Shown one piece after another: positions 39,131-49,707 of a DNA stretch of 64,000 bases. The position numbers were made by a program, and so were the translations under genes. This DNA is from Candidatus Poribacteria bacterium (lineage in GTDB: Bacteria > Poribacteria > WGA-4E > GCA-2687025): the NCBI GenBank assembly GCA_026004875.1, contig BPJZ01000001.1, forward strand, positions 1-64,000, in the 5' to 3' direction. Below the pieces are notes generated by a model. The model made no database searches. It worked only from the letters and a program-made list of their open reading frames with translations, and was not told where the DNA came from. Every line of letters starts with the position of its first letter. Position 1 is the first letter of the stretch.

Positions 39131-39904
39131 ATGCACGTAGGTTGCTGCGCCTATTCCTACCGTCAGTATCTGAGTAAAGGGGAGATGACGCTGCTGGACT
39201 TTCTGGACACCTGTGCTCAGATCGGCTTTGATGGCGTCGAGCTGACGGCCTACTACTTTCCGAACACCGAACGAGAGACCCTCTTTGAGGTCAAGCGGGC
39301 GGCGCTCAAGCGGGGGTTGGACATCTCTGGAACGGCGGTCGGAAACAATTTCTGCCAGCCCGACCCGGAGCGACGAGCTCAGCAGGTGCAGATGGTCAAA
39401 AGCTGGATCGATCACTCGGTGCTGCTTGGAGCGCCGCTGATCCGAGTCTTCGCTGGCGGCGTCCCGGAGGGGCACACCGAAGAGGAGGCCCGCGCTTGGA
39501 CGATCGCGGCTCTCCAAGAGTGTGCCGACTACCGGGGCGCTGAGCGAGGCATCATGCTGGCCCTGGAGAACCACGGCGGAATCACCTCGACGGTCGAGCA
39601 GGTCGAAGCGATCCTGAACGGCGTCTCCTCCGACTGGTTGGCCGTCAACCTAGACACGGGAAACTACCGACAGGATCCTTACGGCTCCATCCGTCGAACG
39701 GCGCCCTATGCGATCAACTGCCACTTAAAGTCGGAGGTTCCCGCCCCCGGTGGGAAGATGCCAGCCGACATACGGCGGATCATTGCCGACCTGCGAGAGG
39801 CCGGCTACCGCGGTTACCTGAGCGTCGAGTTTGAGGCCGCCGAGGACCCGAAAACCGGAGTCCCTCGATTTGCGCGAGAGATTCTCGCAGCGCTAGGTCG
39901 ATAA
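39131..39904 (+). CDS. Sugar phosphate isomerase/epimerase (xylose-isomerase-like TIM barrel).
   Basis: RBS AGGAGAA; ...GFDGVEL...LALENHGG... are AP-endonuclease-2/XI-like TIM barrel motifs. Confidence 0.75.
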   Translation: MHVGCCAYSYRQYLSKGEMTLLDFLDTCAQIGFDGVELTAYYFPNTERETLFEVKRAALKRGLDISGTAVGNNFCQPDPERRAQQVQMVKSWIDHSVLLGAPLIRVFAGGVPEGHTEEEARAWTIAALQECADYRGAERGIMLALENHGGITSTVEQVEAILNGVSSDWLAVNLDTGNYRQDPYGSIRRTAPYAINCHLKSEVPAPGGKMPADIRRIIADLREAGYRGYLSVEFEAAEDPKTGVPRFAREILAALGR

Positions 39905-39941
39905 CCAAAAGCGGGGAGCAGTTCAACCGTCCCCTGATCGC

Positions 39942-40322
39942 TCAGCGCCCCGTCCCGTAATCCTCAAACCACTGGATCAGTTCGATCCGATTTCCGTCCG
40001 GGTCGAAGGTGAAGAACCGATCGGCACCGGGGATCGGCGTCGTCTCCTCGACCACACAGCCGTGCTTTTTTAGGTGCTCCCGCGCCGCCTGAGCGTCCTC
40101 AACGTGCAGGGCAAAGTGCCGAGGGCTCGGCACGTCCGGCGTCGGAGAGGGGATTAGATGAAGTTGATCCTCTCCGAATCGGAACCAGACCACCTCGAAG
40201 TTGAAGGTAGACGGCTTGGCGATCTCCTCCAAACCGAGGATGCCGCCGTAGAACTCCCGTGAGCGGTCGAAATCGGTTACCAGAATCGAGACGTGGTGAA
40301 TCCCTTCAACACGCAGTCCCAT
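39942..40322 (-). CDS. VOC/glyoxalase-family protein.
   Basis: GIHHVSILVTDFDRSREFY...HFALHV... is the glyoxalase-fold pattern. 126 aa. Confidence 0.8.
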   Translation of the reverse strand: MGLRVEGIHHVSILVTDFDRSREFYGGILGLEEIAKPSTFNFEVVWFRFGEDQLHLIPSPTPDVPSPRHFALHVEDAQAAREHLKKHGCVVEETTPIPGADRFFTFDPDGNRIELIQWFEDYGTGR

Positions 40323-40334
40323 CCGAGATCCTCC

Positions 40335-42050
40335 TCATGGCTTCAGCACCGGCACATATTTGAAGTCGTAGCGTGGTTCCCACATCTGGGAGCGTGCCAT
40401 CTCTTCCAGGTCGCCGTCAACCGGATCGGCGACTCCGTCCTCAATAGCCGCCTGGGCGACCGCCGCCGCGACGTGAGCGGTGACCTGCCGGAGCTCCGCC
40501 ATGGGAGGATAAACGCAGCGCTCCTCCAGGAGACGAGAGGTGACCTTTTCGGCAAGGGCGACTCCGGCCGCGGTGAGCATCCGATCGGTCACCTGCTTGG
40601 CCCGAACCATCATCGCCCCCAGCCCGATGCCGGGAAAGACGAAGACGTTGTTCCCCTGCCCGATTCGGTAGCGCCTCCCGTTCCATTCAACCGGCGGAAA
40701 GGGGCTGCCGGTGGCGACAATCGCGCGCCCTTCGCTCCAGCGGATCAGGTCGGCAGGGCGCGCCTCCGCTCGTGCGGTCGGGTTGGAGAGCGGAAAGATG
40801 ATCGGCTGAGGGGTGTGCTGGGCCATCTCCCGAACGACCGCCTCGGTGAACTGGCCCGGCTGGCCGGAGACCCCGATCAGAACCGTCGGGCGCGCGTTCC
40901 GAACCACATCCAGCAGTCGAACGGTGTTCGGATCGTCCAGGAACCATCCTTCCAGCTCGCTGGGACTGTGAGCGAAGGATCGCTTATACTCCTCTAAGTC
41001 CGGACGATCGCTCAACACCAGACCGCGGCTGTCTAACGGATAGATGCGCCGCCGCGCCTCCTCTAAGGGAAGCCCCGCCGCGGCCATCGCGCTGGCGAGC
41101 CGGTGGGCAATCCCGATCCCCCCAGCGCCGGCCCCTAAGATGGCGATCCGCTGTTCGGTCAACGGTTTACCGGTGATTCGAAGCGCTGCTAAAACCCCGC
41201 CCAGCGCTACAGCACCGGTGCCTTGAACGTCATCGTTGAACGAGAGCACCACGTCCTGATAGCGCTCCAGGACGGTGAACGCGTTCTGCTTCGACAGGTC
41301 CTCCCACTGAAGCAACACCCCTGGAAGAACCGCCCGCACCCCTTCAACAAACCGGTCCATGAACTCCAGGTACTCCTTGCCCCGGAGACGGGGCCGCCTA
41401 TAGCCCAGATAAAACGGATCGTCCAGAAGCTCCGGGTTGTTCGTCCCCACGTCCAGGGCGATCGGTAGGCAGGCGGAGGGGTGAATCCCCGCCCCCAAGA
41501 CGTAAAGCGCCAGCTTTCCAATGGAGATGCCCATCCCGCCGGCGCCCTGGTCGCCGATGCCTAAGATCCCCTCGCTGTCGGTGGCCACGATCAGCCGGAC
41601 GTTCCGGATGCTGGGATAGTTCATCAGGATCTGCGGCAACCGGTCTACAATCGTCGGGTCCACGTAGATGCCGCGCGGCCGACGAAAGATGTGGCTAAAC
41701 TTCTGCACCGCCTCGCCAACGGTCGGAGTGTAGACGATCGGAACCAGCTCCTCCATCCGACTCATCACAAACGCATAAAAGAGCGTCTCGTTCCGATCTT
41801 GCAGCGCCCGAAGGAACTCGTACTTGTCCAGGTTATTCTCAAGCCGGTCCAGCGTCTCGGAAAGCCGAGCCATCTGCTCTTCGAGCGTCGTCACGCGAGC
41901 CGGAAGAAACCCTTCCAACTGAAACTTGACCCGCTCCTCGTGGGTAAACGCCGTCCCCTTGTTCAGCAGAGGGTCCCGCAGGAGCGCATACCCCCGTAAG
42001 GTGGTCCGCACCTCTTTGTTCTTCATGTCGAAGACGCGCGTCTCGTCCAT
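40335..42050 (-). CDS. NAD(P)-dependent malic enzyme.
   Basis: ...FNDDVQGTGAVALGG...ILGAGAGGIGIA... are malic-enzyme signature motifs. The start at 42050 follows RBS GAAGGGG. Confidence 0.9.
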   Translation of the reverse strand: MDETRVFDMKNKEVRTTLRGYALLRDPLLNKGTAFTHEERVKFQLEGFLPARVTTLEEQMARLSETLDRLENNLDKYEFLRALQDRNETLFYAFVMSRMEELVPIVYTPTVGEAVQKFSHIFRRPRGIYVDPTIVDRLPQILMNYPSIRNVRLIVATDSEGILGIGDQGAGGMGISIGKLALYVLGAGIHPSACLPIALDVGTNNPELLDDPFYLGYRRPRLRGKEYLEFMDRFVEGVRAVLPGVLLQWEDLSKQNAFTVLERYQDVVLSFNDDVQGTGAVALGGVLAALRITGKPLTEQRIAILGAGAGGIGIAHRLASAMAAAGLPLEEARRRIYPLDSRGLVLSDRPDLEEYKRSFAHSPSELEGWFLDDPNTVRLLDVVRNARPTVLIGVSGQPGQFTEAVVREMAQHTPQPIIFPLSNPTARAEARPADLIRWSEGRAIVATGSPFPPVEWNGRRYRIGQGNNVFVFPGIGLGAMMVRAKQVTDRMLTAAGVALAEKVTSRLLEERCVYPPMAELRQVTAHVAAAVAQAAIEDGVADPVDGDLEEMARSQMWEPRYDFKYVPVLKP

Positions 42051-42268
42051 CGTTCTGCCCCTTCCGATCCCAAAAAGCTCCCTGTTCAACGGATAGCCTA
42101 TTCCAAGGCGGCGGGAAAGACTCCCTCCGAAGACCCCCACGACTCAGGAAACACCCCCTATTTCTGTTGACAAGCGCCCTTCTGAAGAGTAGAGTCCTTC
42201 CGGAAGAATCCACAGCGCGCCGGAGAGGCTCCGACGCGCCCGCCCGAGGTGCCGTGAGGAGGACTGTT

Positions 42269-43063
42269 ATGTTGACCCGTGAACAGGTGGAGGCCTTCCA
42301 CCGAGATGGATTCCTCAATCTGGGGAAGCTCCTCGACGAAAAAGAGTGCCGTGAACTCGAGGAGGAGATCTTCCGCGTGATGCGCGAGGAGACCGAAAAG
42401 AAGCCGGTTCTCCTCCGAAACATGACCGGACGGGACGACGCCGTCGTCGTTCAGATCGTCAACATCTGGGAGGCCAGCGAGCGGTTCCTCGAACTGGCCA
42501 AGCACCCGGTGATCACCGAGGCGGTCGCCCAACTGGCCGAGACCGACACGCTTCGCATCTGGCACGATCAGGTGCAGTACAAGCCGCCCCGCGCCGGCGG
42601 TCCCACCGGCTGGCATCAGGACCATCCGCTGTGGCCTTCAATTCAGCCCGCCGATCTGATCACCGCTTGGATTCCGTTTGAGGACGCCACGATCGAAAAC
42701 GGGTGCATGTGGATGGTCCCCGGAAGCCACCGGTGGGGGAATCAGCAGCGTTACCTGGCCTCCGGCCCGAACTTTGAGCCGATCCATCGAGAGCCGGAGC
42801 GACTCCCCGAAGGGGCGGTCATCCGCTCGGTGCCCTGTGAGGTGCGTCGGGGTGAGTGTCATCTCCACCACTGCCTCACCTGGCACGGAAGTCCCGACAA
42901 CCGCTCCGACCGTCCTCGTCCCGCGCTGGCCATCCACTACATGCCGGGGCACATCCGCTTTGACCCGGTCGGTCGGCACGTGATGGATCAGTTCATCCAC
43001 GTCCCAGTGGGCGCCATCCTGGAGGGCGAGCACTTCCCGGTGGTCTACCGTCGCAGCAACTGA
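42269..43063 (+). CDS. Phytanoyl-CoA dioxygenase (PhyH)-family Fe(II)/2OG oxygenase.
   Basis: RBS GAGGAGG; the HxD...H facial triad context (WHQDHP...H) and a PhyH-like N-terminus. Confidence 0.65.
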   Translation: MLTREQVEAFHRDGFLNLGKLLDEKECRELEEEIFRVMREETEKKPVLLRNMTGRDDAVVVQIVNIWEASERFLELAKHPVITEAVAQLAETDTLRIWHDQVQYKPPRAGGPTGWHQDHPLWPSIQPADLITAWIPFEDATIENGCMWMVPGSHRWGNQQRYLASGPNFEPIHREPERLPEGAVIRSVPCEVRRGECHLHHCLTWHGSPDNRSDRPRPALAIHYMPGHIRFDPVGRHVMDQFIHVPVGAILEGEHFPVVYRRSN

Positions 43064-43090
43064 TCCGACCGGCTTTCGCTCTGGGCTTGT

Positions 43091-45100
43091 TCAAAACCGC
43101 GCGCGGGCCGTCGTCCGATGGCCCGCCGCGTCCCGTACGCGGACAGCGATCGAGTGGGTTCCTTCGGGAACTTCGGGAACCTCAAACTCGAACACTTCGC
43201 GCAGCCCGTCAAACAGCCCATCGGTCGGAAAGACGATCGTCCACTCCTCCGTGTCCAAAGAGTACTCCGCCCCGTCAATGTCGCTAAAGCCGTCCTCCGC
43301 AACAAACCGAACGACGACGGTGTTGCCTTCTCGCGTCGCTCGAAGCTCGGCGATCCGCGGCGGCGTGTGGTCAATCTCGAACGGTTCGGTCACCCACTCC
43401 ACTCGATGAGCCCGATCCGGAGGATTGCCAGGCAGATCGGTCACGACCAGCCGCAGCCGATAACGGCCATCGGGAAGCGCGGCGGTGTCCCACGTGTAGT
43501 TGTTCCCCCGAAGCTTCTCTTCGATCCGATGCCAGTTGCTCTCCCCCTCACTGCGGAAGTACAGGTCTACCCGAAGCGGGTCCTCGTTGGGATCCTGAAT
43601 TTGCCAGCGAATTTGGCGCCGAGTGGTCGTCGGCGGTTCGTTTTCTGGCGGCGCAATCCTCACCTCTTGGACCTCTGGCGGTAGGTTGGCCGGAAGATAG
43701 GCTACCTCCAGGCGCCGGAGCACCGGCGTCCGGGTGGGAACCTCACTGCGCAGTCGTACCTGCACCTGAAGGAACCGCGCCGGCGGACTGGAGACCTTTC
43801 CCCCCTCCAGAGAGGACTGCGGCTCGGACCAGTCGCTCCAGGAACTGTCGGGGGAATCGGTATTCCCGCTTCGCGTGCGCACTTGAACGGCGGTCCCCTC
43901 GGGAAGCTCCGCCTCCCAGCGGATCGCTCCCCAGTGGGAGATCACCCCTGCGTCCAACGGCTTGGACTCCCACTTCCCCTCTTGAGCGATGTTCGCCCCA
44001 AGCCGATAAAGCTTGGCCGAGTTACTGGTTCCAAGGAGGATTCCCGCTCCAGTCGGCTGAAAGACCAACACGTGGGCCTCGGAGAGATCGGCGATCTCCC
44101 GGCTGTGGCCCTCGGCGTCCAGGGCGTAAACCTTTCCCTCACCCCCCGTTCCGACCAGCAGCTCCTCGCCCAGCCAGGTCAGCGTGAGAATCGGGTAGTT
44201 CTCCTCGTGCCAGAGCAACCGGGCGACCCCCTCCGGTGTGACCCGATAGAGGAACGATTCCACCTGAGACTGATCCCCCCGCGGATTGGGCATCCCCTGG
44301 GGCTGGGGCCGCGGCAGCGGGCCGGTAACCGTTCCAACGATCAGGTCCCCGTTGGGCGCCGGAAGGAGCAGATTGACTTCCCGTTGATCGGTATCGTAGA
44401 GGGCAAAGCCCTTCCCCGGCTGAGCGGGGTCCACCCGATAGACTCGCGCGCTTCCGTCGGTCCCCACGTAGAGCTTTCCTTGGTGAAGGGCAAGCGCGCG
44501 CAGGTGGGGATCGTCCGCATCAAAAAGGACCGTGTGGCTCCACGCTCCGGTTTCGCTCCGGGTCAAGCGGTACAGTTTTCCCTCCTCGCCGGTGGCCGCA
44601 TAAAGCGCTCCGTCTGCGTCGAACGCCAACCCCCAAACGTAGGTCTCCCCCTCTTGGAAGATCGTCTCCGGCAATGGCCGTTCGGAGGCGAGACTAATCC
44701 GATAGATCAGTCCGTCCGGAGCGGTGCCAGCGTAAAGCGCCCCGTCCGGTCCCAACACCAGGCTGAGAATCGCCAGCTCCGGCGTGTCCACCAACAGCTC
44801 CGGCTCGCCCCCCTCGGGGATCCGGTAGATTTTGCCGCCGTTGCCGGTGCCCACATAAAAGGCCCCGTCCGGTCCCGGTGCGATGCTCCAGATGAACGCC
44901 TCGCTCAGCTCAGCAACGGAGTCCAACTCCGGCGCTAACCGCATCTCCCCCAGATCGGAGATGCCGACCGATTCCGCCTCACCGTCCCGAAAGTCCTCCG
45001 CCGACTCTAGCGTCCAGCGCTTCGTCCCGACGGCCCCCGCCGAGAGAGCCAAGCTCAACAGCCCGCACAACGACGCTTGAAGCAGCCTTCGAGGGCTCAA
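43091..45100 (-). CDS. Secreted beta-propeller repeat protein (NHL/YVTN-like), 669 aa.
   Basis: Signal MSPRRLLQASLCGLLSLALSAGA. Repeated ...GALYAGT...GKLY... blades. C-terminal Ig-like region. Confidence 0.55.
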   Translation of the reverse strand: MSPRRLLQASLCGLLSLALSAGAVGTKRWTLESAEDFRDGEAESVGISDLGEMRLAPELDSVAELSEAFIWSIAPGPDGAFYVGTGNGGKIYRIPEGGEPELLVDTPELAILSLVLGPDGALYAGTAPDGLIYRISLASERPLPETIFQEGETYVWGLAFDADGALYAATGEEGKLYRLTRSETGAWSHTVLFDADDPHLRALALHQGKLYVGTDGSARVYRVDPAQPGKGFALYDTDQREVNLLLPAPNGDLIVGTVTGPLPRPQPQGMPNPRGDQSQVESFLYRVTPEGVARLLWHEENYPILTLTWLGEELLVGTGGEGKVYALDAEGHSREIADLSEAHVLVFQPTGAGILLGTSNSAKLYRLGANIAQEGKWESKPLDAGVISHWGAIRWEAELPEGTAVQVRTRSGNTDSPDSSWSDWSEPQSSLEGGKVSSPPARFLQVQVRLRSEVPTRTPVLRRLEVAYLPANLPPEVQEVRIAPPENEPPTTTRRQIRWQIQDPNEDPLRVDLYFRSEGESNWHRIEEKLRGNNYTWDTAALPDGRYRLRLVVTDLPGNPPDRAHRVEWVTEPFEIDHTPPRIAELRATREGNTVVVRFVAEDGFSDIDGAEYSLDTEEWTIVFPTDGLFDGLREVFEFEVPEVPEGTHSIAVRVRDAAGHRTTARARF

Positions 45101-45140
45101 GGAGACACTCCTTTCAATTCAAAGAACCATCCAAACGAGG

Positions 45141-47024
45141 TTATCGAACCTCTCGGTCTACCGTGAAGCCCAATACGGTGCTCCCGGTGATCACAAAGGG
45201 GGTCTCAAAGACGTAACGGGCGATCTCGCTGCCCTGGGTCAGGTTCCCCTCTCCGGCCTGGGTCGCGCCGGTCATCACGTTCAGCACGGAGAGGGGTAGA
45301 TTGGGAAGCTCCGCTCCAGGAATCGAAATCCCCAACCGCATCGGGGTGATCAGCGCCACGTACAGCTCTGGTCGGTCTCCCTCCTCTCGGAGCTGCTGGA
45401 GCAGCTTCTCGGCGGAAACCACCTGGTACCGCTCGCGGGCGCGGGCGCGTTCCCAACTCCGATAAGACTCCCCATCGCCCAAAAACAGCATCGCCGGCCC
45501 CTCTGGCATGTCCGCCGGAACGGGAACCCGGTAGCGCTCAACGATCGGATCGTCCAGATAGGGATGGTAGGTAACGGCCAGCTCCAGCGTCTCGCCCGGC
45601 CGCGCACGAGAGCGGTCCAGCCGCGCTGCAACGATCGCCGCCGACTCCTGGCCGTCTACGTACTCCACTTCCAGTAAAACCCGTTGAAGCGGAAACTCCT
45701 CAAACCAATTGTCCAGCAGCGCCCCCAGGGGATAAAGCAGCAGCGCGGTCGCCGTGCCGGGGGAGGAGTTCCCAGCTAGCAGATTCTCCTTCTCCAACGG
45801 CTCGTGAGGCGAAGACGGGTCAAACTCCGCCCGAAGTCTGGTCCGCATCGTGAACGGGCCGTAATCCTTCTCCGCCGCCGAAAAGGTGGCCAGTACCGCA
45901 GAAGCAAGCAGCGAGGCCGTAAAGTCTGGATGGCGCATGACCTCATAGTGATAAGCCCGCTCCTCTCCCTTGGGGGAGCGGATCACCACGTCCAAGGGGA
46001 TATACGGCGGATGGTTCTCCCCCAAAATCGCGGCGATCGCCGGTTCTCGATCCTGAACCAGTGTGCCCACCACCCGCCCCGGACCGGCTACCTTGAACGA
46101 ACGAACGTAACTGCCGACCACAAAGTGCACATAACCCGAAGAGACCGGTAGGTAGCTCTTCCCCTCGCCGAAGGCTGGATGTCCAAAGGCCAGAATCCGC
46201 TCGCCCTCTCGGAGGGTGACCGTCCCGTAGCTGAAGGCGCTTAGGTCGCCTCGAATCAGCTCGATGCCCAGCACGCTCCCCGGCTCAACAGGAGGGTCCT
46301 CCTCCAAGGTGCTCGACCCGCCAGCTCCTGCCAGCGTCGCCCATCCGAATCGGGAGAAGGCCGCGTCCAAGATCGCTCGCGCCTCTGGCGGAAAGCCGAC
46401 CAACGCCACCGGCGTCGCCAGCCGCTGCACCTGGGGTGAGGCCGACGCAGGAACCGGCGCCCTTGCAGAGACCAGCTCCCGGCTTTGAGGCGTCAAAGCG
46501 TGGGGGTCGTGGAGTGCGGCGTACCACTCTTCTGGCGAGACCAGCGGAGCGAGCGCCGAGGTGGGCCGCCGCGGAACCGGCGCCGGCGTGAGATCCCGCT
46601 CCCAGACCCGAAGCATCTGCTCAATCGGCGTAATGCCGATAAACGGCTCCTTGGCGTTCAAAAATCCGTAAGCGAGCGCTCCGATCAGCCTTCCCTGAAC
46701 GTAGACCGGGCTTCCGCTCATGCCGCCGGCTGTCCCGGTCTTGCGCATCCGCTCGTCCACCCCCACCGCCCAGATCAGGTGGCCCTTGGCAAACGCGTTC
46801 CGCTCGATGCTGAGAATCTCAACCTGAAGCTCCTCGACCTGAGTCCCTTGAAGGACGGTCTGGACCACCCCGTAGGTGGGGCGTTGCGCCTTTCGATTCT
46901 GAAGGAGGATCTCCCCCAACTCTTGGACGCTCATGTACCGGTCAGCGTCCCATTCGACCGCTCCGGCGGCCCAAGCGAGACCTAGGAGCCAGCCGATTCC
47001 AACTGCAGCAACTGCCGTTCTCAT
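45141..47024 (-). CDS. Secreted trypsin-fold serine-peptidase-like protein (GMSGSPV motif), SpoIVB/S55-like.
   Basis: ATG at 47024 after RBS GGAAGGTGG; signal MRTAVAAVGIGWLLGLAWAAGA. GTAGGMSGSPVYVQGRLIGALAYGF mirrors the GDSGGP catalytic-serine motif. Confidence 0.55.
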   Translation of the reverse strand: MRTAVAAVGIGWLLGLAWAAGAVEWDADRYMSVQELGEILLQNRKAQRPTYGVVQTVLQGTQVEELQVEILSIERNAFAKGHLIWAVGVDERMRKTGTAGGMSGSPVYVQGRLIGALAYGFLNAKEPFIGITPIEQMLRVWERDLTPAPVPRRPTSALAPLVSPEEWYAALHDPHALTPQSRELVSARAPVPASASPQVQRLATPVALVGFPPEARAILDAAFSRFGWATLAGAGGSSTLEEDPPVEPGSVLGIELIRGDLSAFSYGTVTLREGERILAFGHPAFGEGKSYLPVSSGYVHFVVGSYVRSFKVAGPGRVVGTLVQDREPAIAAILGENHPPYIPLDVVIRSPKGEERAYHYEVMRHPDFTASLLASAVLATFSAAEKDYGPFTMRTRLRAEFDPSSPHEPLEKENLLAGNSSPGTATALLLYPLGALLDNWFEEFPLQRVLLEVEYVDGQESAAIVAARLDRSRARPGETLELAVTYHPYLDDPIVERYRVPVPADMPEGPAMLFLGDGESYRSWERARARERYQVVSAEKLLQQLREEGDRPELYVALITPMRLGISIPGAELPNLPLSVLNVMTGATQAGEGNLTQGSEIARYVFETPFVITGSTVLGFTVDREVR

Positions 47025-47272
47025 CTCCGCGCCACCTTCCTGGTGCTGAAGTTCCCCTCGGCAACGAGCCAAGATACCACAATCGCTCGGAGCAACGCAA
47101 ATTGCAGCGTTCCGCCGTCTCCGATGGCCCGAAGCATTGTTTCTCTCGACCCAAGACGTCCGCTCTGCGCCCGGGTTGCGCCCCCTGTCGACCTCTGATA
47201 ATGATAAAGTGTCCTCCGACTCGGTTGAGAGTGTCCTTTGCCGCTGGAAGCCTTTGAAGAGAAGCGGAGCTC

Positions 47273-48544
47273 ATGGCCCGTCGCCGTACATCGCGTGCCG
47301 ATCGAGCGATCGGTTCCCCTCCCCCTCGTGCGCGGGTGGAGACCTCCAGCAGGCGGATCCGCTGGCAGGCCGGACGCCCCGGGCGAGTCTCCTGGCGGAG
47401 TCGAGCGGGAGCCTGCGCCCCTTGGATCGCGGTAATCCTCCTGCTGGTCGCCGTCGCCTACCGGGAGGTACTAGGCACCGAATCCCGGCGCTGGGAGGAG
47501 TGTCAGCAAATCTACGCGGCCGGAGAGGTGGCTCGACTGGACGTCCTCGAAGAGTACCTCCAGCGTTACCCGGAGGGGGAACACGCCGAGACGGTCCGGT
47601 ACTACTACGCTCGCCTGGCGGCAGAACGGAAAGACTGCTCGACGCTTCGGCCTTGGTGGGAAACGCTGCTCGACGCGCAAAACCGGCAGTACCGCACCGA
47701 AGCGATGCTGGCGCTGGCCGACTGCGCCTTTCAAGAGGAACGCCTTGAGGAGGCCGCCTCCTACTACCGCCGGATCGCTGAAGAGGACCCAAACGCCCCC
47801 GCGGCGGTTCTGGCCACGCTCCGACTCGGAACAATCGCTGAGCGGGAAGGCGACCTGATCCGCGCGGCCGCCGCCTACCGGCGCGTCTGGGAGCACCCGG
47901 CCGCAACGCCCGAACAGTTTACCTCCGCGGCCCGTCGGTGGGGGGCGCTCTACCTCTCCCAACTCCGGCCCGAAGGGGAGCGGTACATCGTTCGGCGCGG
48001 CGACAACCTGACCCGAATCGCTCAACGGTACGGACTCCAGCTGCGCGAGGTGTTGGCTGCAAATCCCCAGCTCCAGGACCCGTCCCGGCTGGAGGTGGGG
48101 CAGGTGCTCCGCATTCCGCTTTCTCTGTTCTCTGTACTTGTCTCGTTAGAGGACGGAGCGTTGTATCTCCTTCACCGCGGGGAGGCCGTTCGCGTTTATC
48201 CGGTCTCCGTCGGGGAGCTGGATCGCCCAACCCCCACCGGCGTCTATCGGAGCGCGGCACCCCTGACCGATCCGAACGCGCTGGAGGAGCTCCTCCTACG
48301 CCGCCCGGAGCTCCACTCGATCGGGGTCGGCCGCGGGTGGGTCGCGCTGATTCCCAGCGACTCGGCCCTCCACGGCGGCGGTTCCCTCGATCGGCTTCGA
48401 AAGCCGAAAACCCCCGGAACGGTTCAGTTGCTGGACGAAGACCTCCTCGAGCTGGTCCGATGGCTCCCGGCCAACTCCGAAGTGAGAATTGTCCCCCGCG
48501 CCTCAGAGGTGCGCTGGGCCGTAATTCCCAGTGGAGCTCCCTGA
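47273..48544 (+). CDS. LysM plus L,D-transpeptidase (YkuD) domain protein with TPR-like repeats.
   Basis: ...YIVRRGDNLTRIAQRYGLQLREVLAANPQL... is a LysM domain. C-terminal ...HGGGS... is YkuD-like. The start is uncertain because the N-terminus is Arg-rich. Confidence 0.6.
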   Translation: MARRRTSRADRAIGSPPPRARVETSSRRIRWQAGRPGRVSWRSRAGACAPWIAVILLLVAVAYREVLGTESRRWEECQQIYAAGEVARLDVLEEYLQRYPEGEHAETVRYYYARLAAERKDCSTLRPWWETLLDAQNRQYRTEAMLALADCAFQEERLEEAASYYRRIAEEDPNAPAAVLATLRLGTIAEREGDLIRAAAAYRRVWEHPAATPEQFTSAARRWGALYLSQLRPEGERYIVRRGDNLTRIAQRYGLQLREVLAANPQLQDPSRLEVGQVLRIPLSLFSVLVSLEDGALYLLHRGEAVRVYPVSVGELDRPTPTGVYRSAAPLTDPNALEELLLRRPELHSIGVGRGWVALIPSDSALHGGGSLDRLRKPKTPGTVQLLDEDLLELVRWLPANSEVRIVPRASEVRWAVIPSGAP

Positions 48545-48678
48545 TTAGAAGTCGGTACAATGTACAATCTCCGTGAAACGATAGTGCTGAAACGACGTAT
48601 GTTTCGTTCGAACCGATGCAGACAAGCGGTTGAACCCCTGGTCGGCCTGAGCGTTTTTTGAGATAACCAAGGCACCGG

Positions 48679-49608
48679 TTGACGAAGGGCACAGGGTTGC
48701 CGATCAAGATTCTCCGACGCAGCAGTTATCAGCGCTTGCTGGCCGCGCTGGACGAACGGAACGCGCTCCGGGAGGAGCGGGATCGCCTCTCTCAGCGGCT
48801 GCGCGAGACGGAGGAGTCGCGCCGGTCCCTGGAGGCAAAGCTCCGCGAGCTTCGCGAACAGATGGAGGAGCAGGAAAGCCGGCTCGAAGAGCTGATCCAG
48901 CAGCGGGCCGAGGAGCTGATCGCCGAGATGCACATCTCCCGCCGGCGATTCGAGCAGCTGGCCGCCGACCGAGCCGACCTGATCGAGCTGTACACCGAAC
49001 GGTTGTACGCGATGGCCCAGCGCTTTGCCCTCCAAAGCGTCGAGGAGCAACAGAACCGAGGGCTGTTGATCCTGTTGGTGGATCGGAGAAACATGAACCC
49101 ACAGAACTTCTCCGACTTCCACGACGGGCAACTGGAATATTTGGAACACGAAGAGTTCTTGGGGATCGAGCGGATTCCGCACATCTTCTCGCCCAAGGCT
49201 CAAGCGGTGCTCGACTGGATGGGCGGCAAGGAGCTCCGGCTCAGTAGAGACGGCGAGATCGTCGGCTACGAAGAGCGCGATGGAGCGATCCTGGTGGACC
49301 TGCGCGGGGTGATCTTCAAGACGCGCCAGATGATCGAAGGCGTTCGCACTCACAAGGTCTATTCCAAGGTCGAACGGCTCCTGGACGGCGGCGCACGGCA
49401 CAACGCGGCACTCTACGCCTCCTCGCTTGAGGAGGTCCTGGTGGCCATTGCGGTCAGCGAAGAGAACAACCGAGTCACCATCTTCCGCGACGGACGGTTT
49501 GTCGAAGCCTTCGATCCGTACGAAAAGCGACGGATCTCCCGTGAGGAGTACTTCTCCCAGATGCGACGGGAGGAGTCCCACCCGACCCCACTGGATGCCA
49601 AGTCCTGA
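48679..49608 (+). CDS. Coiled-coil protein with a C-terminal DisA_N/DAC diadenylate-cyclase domain.
   Basis: N-terminal 90 aa are coiled-coil (LRETEESRRSLEAKLRELREQMEEQESRLEELI). C-terminal ...DGGARHNAALYASSLEEVLVAIAVSEENNRVTIFRDG... resembles DAC motifs (DGA...RHRAA). Confidence 0.5.
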   Translation: MTKGTGLPIKILRRSSYQRLLAALDERNALREERDRLSQRLRETEESRRSLEAKLRELREQMEEQESRLEELIQQRAEELIAEMHISRRRFEQLAADRADLIELYTERLYAMAQRFALQSVEEQQNRGLLILLVDRRNMNPQNFSDFHDGQLEYLEHEEFLGIERIPHIFSPKAQAVLDWMGGKELRLSRDGEIVGYEERDGAILVDLRGVIFKTRQMIEGVRTHKVYSKVERLLDGGARHNAALYASSLEEVLVAIAVSEENNRVTIFRDGRFVEAFDPYEKRRISREEYFSQMRREESHPTPLDAKS

Positions 49609-49707
49609 CTTCTTGACGGCACCCCCAAGACCCAGACCTGTGGTATGCTCTCAGAGACCCGATTCTCCGAAGCCCGGTGAGAAGCCCAACATGAGGAGGC
49701 GCGTCCG

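Noticed and set aside
39905-39941. Bidirectional terminator between the convergent isomerase and VOC genes (GGGGA-n12-TCCCC).
   Set aside because: Only a 5-bp stem with a long loop and no U-tract on either side; too weak to call.
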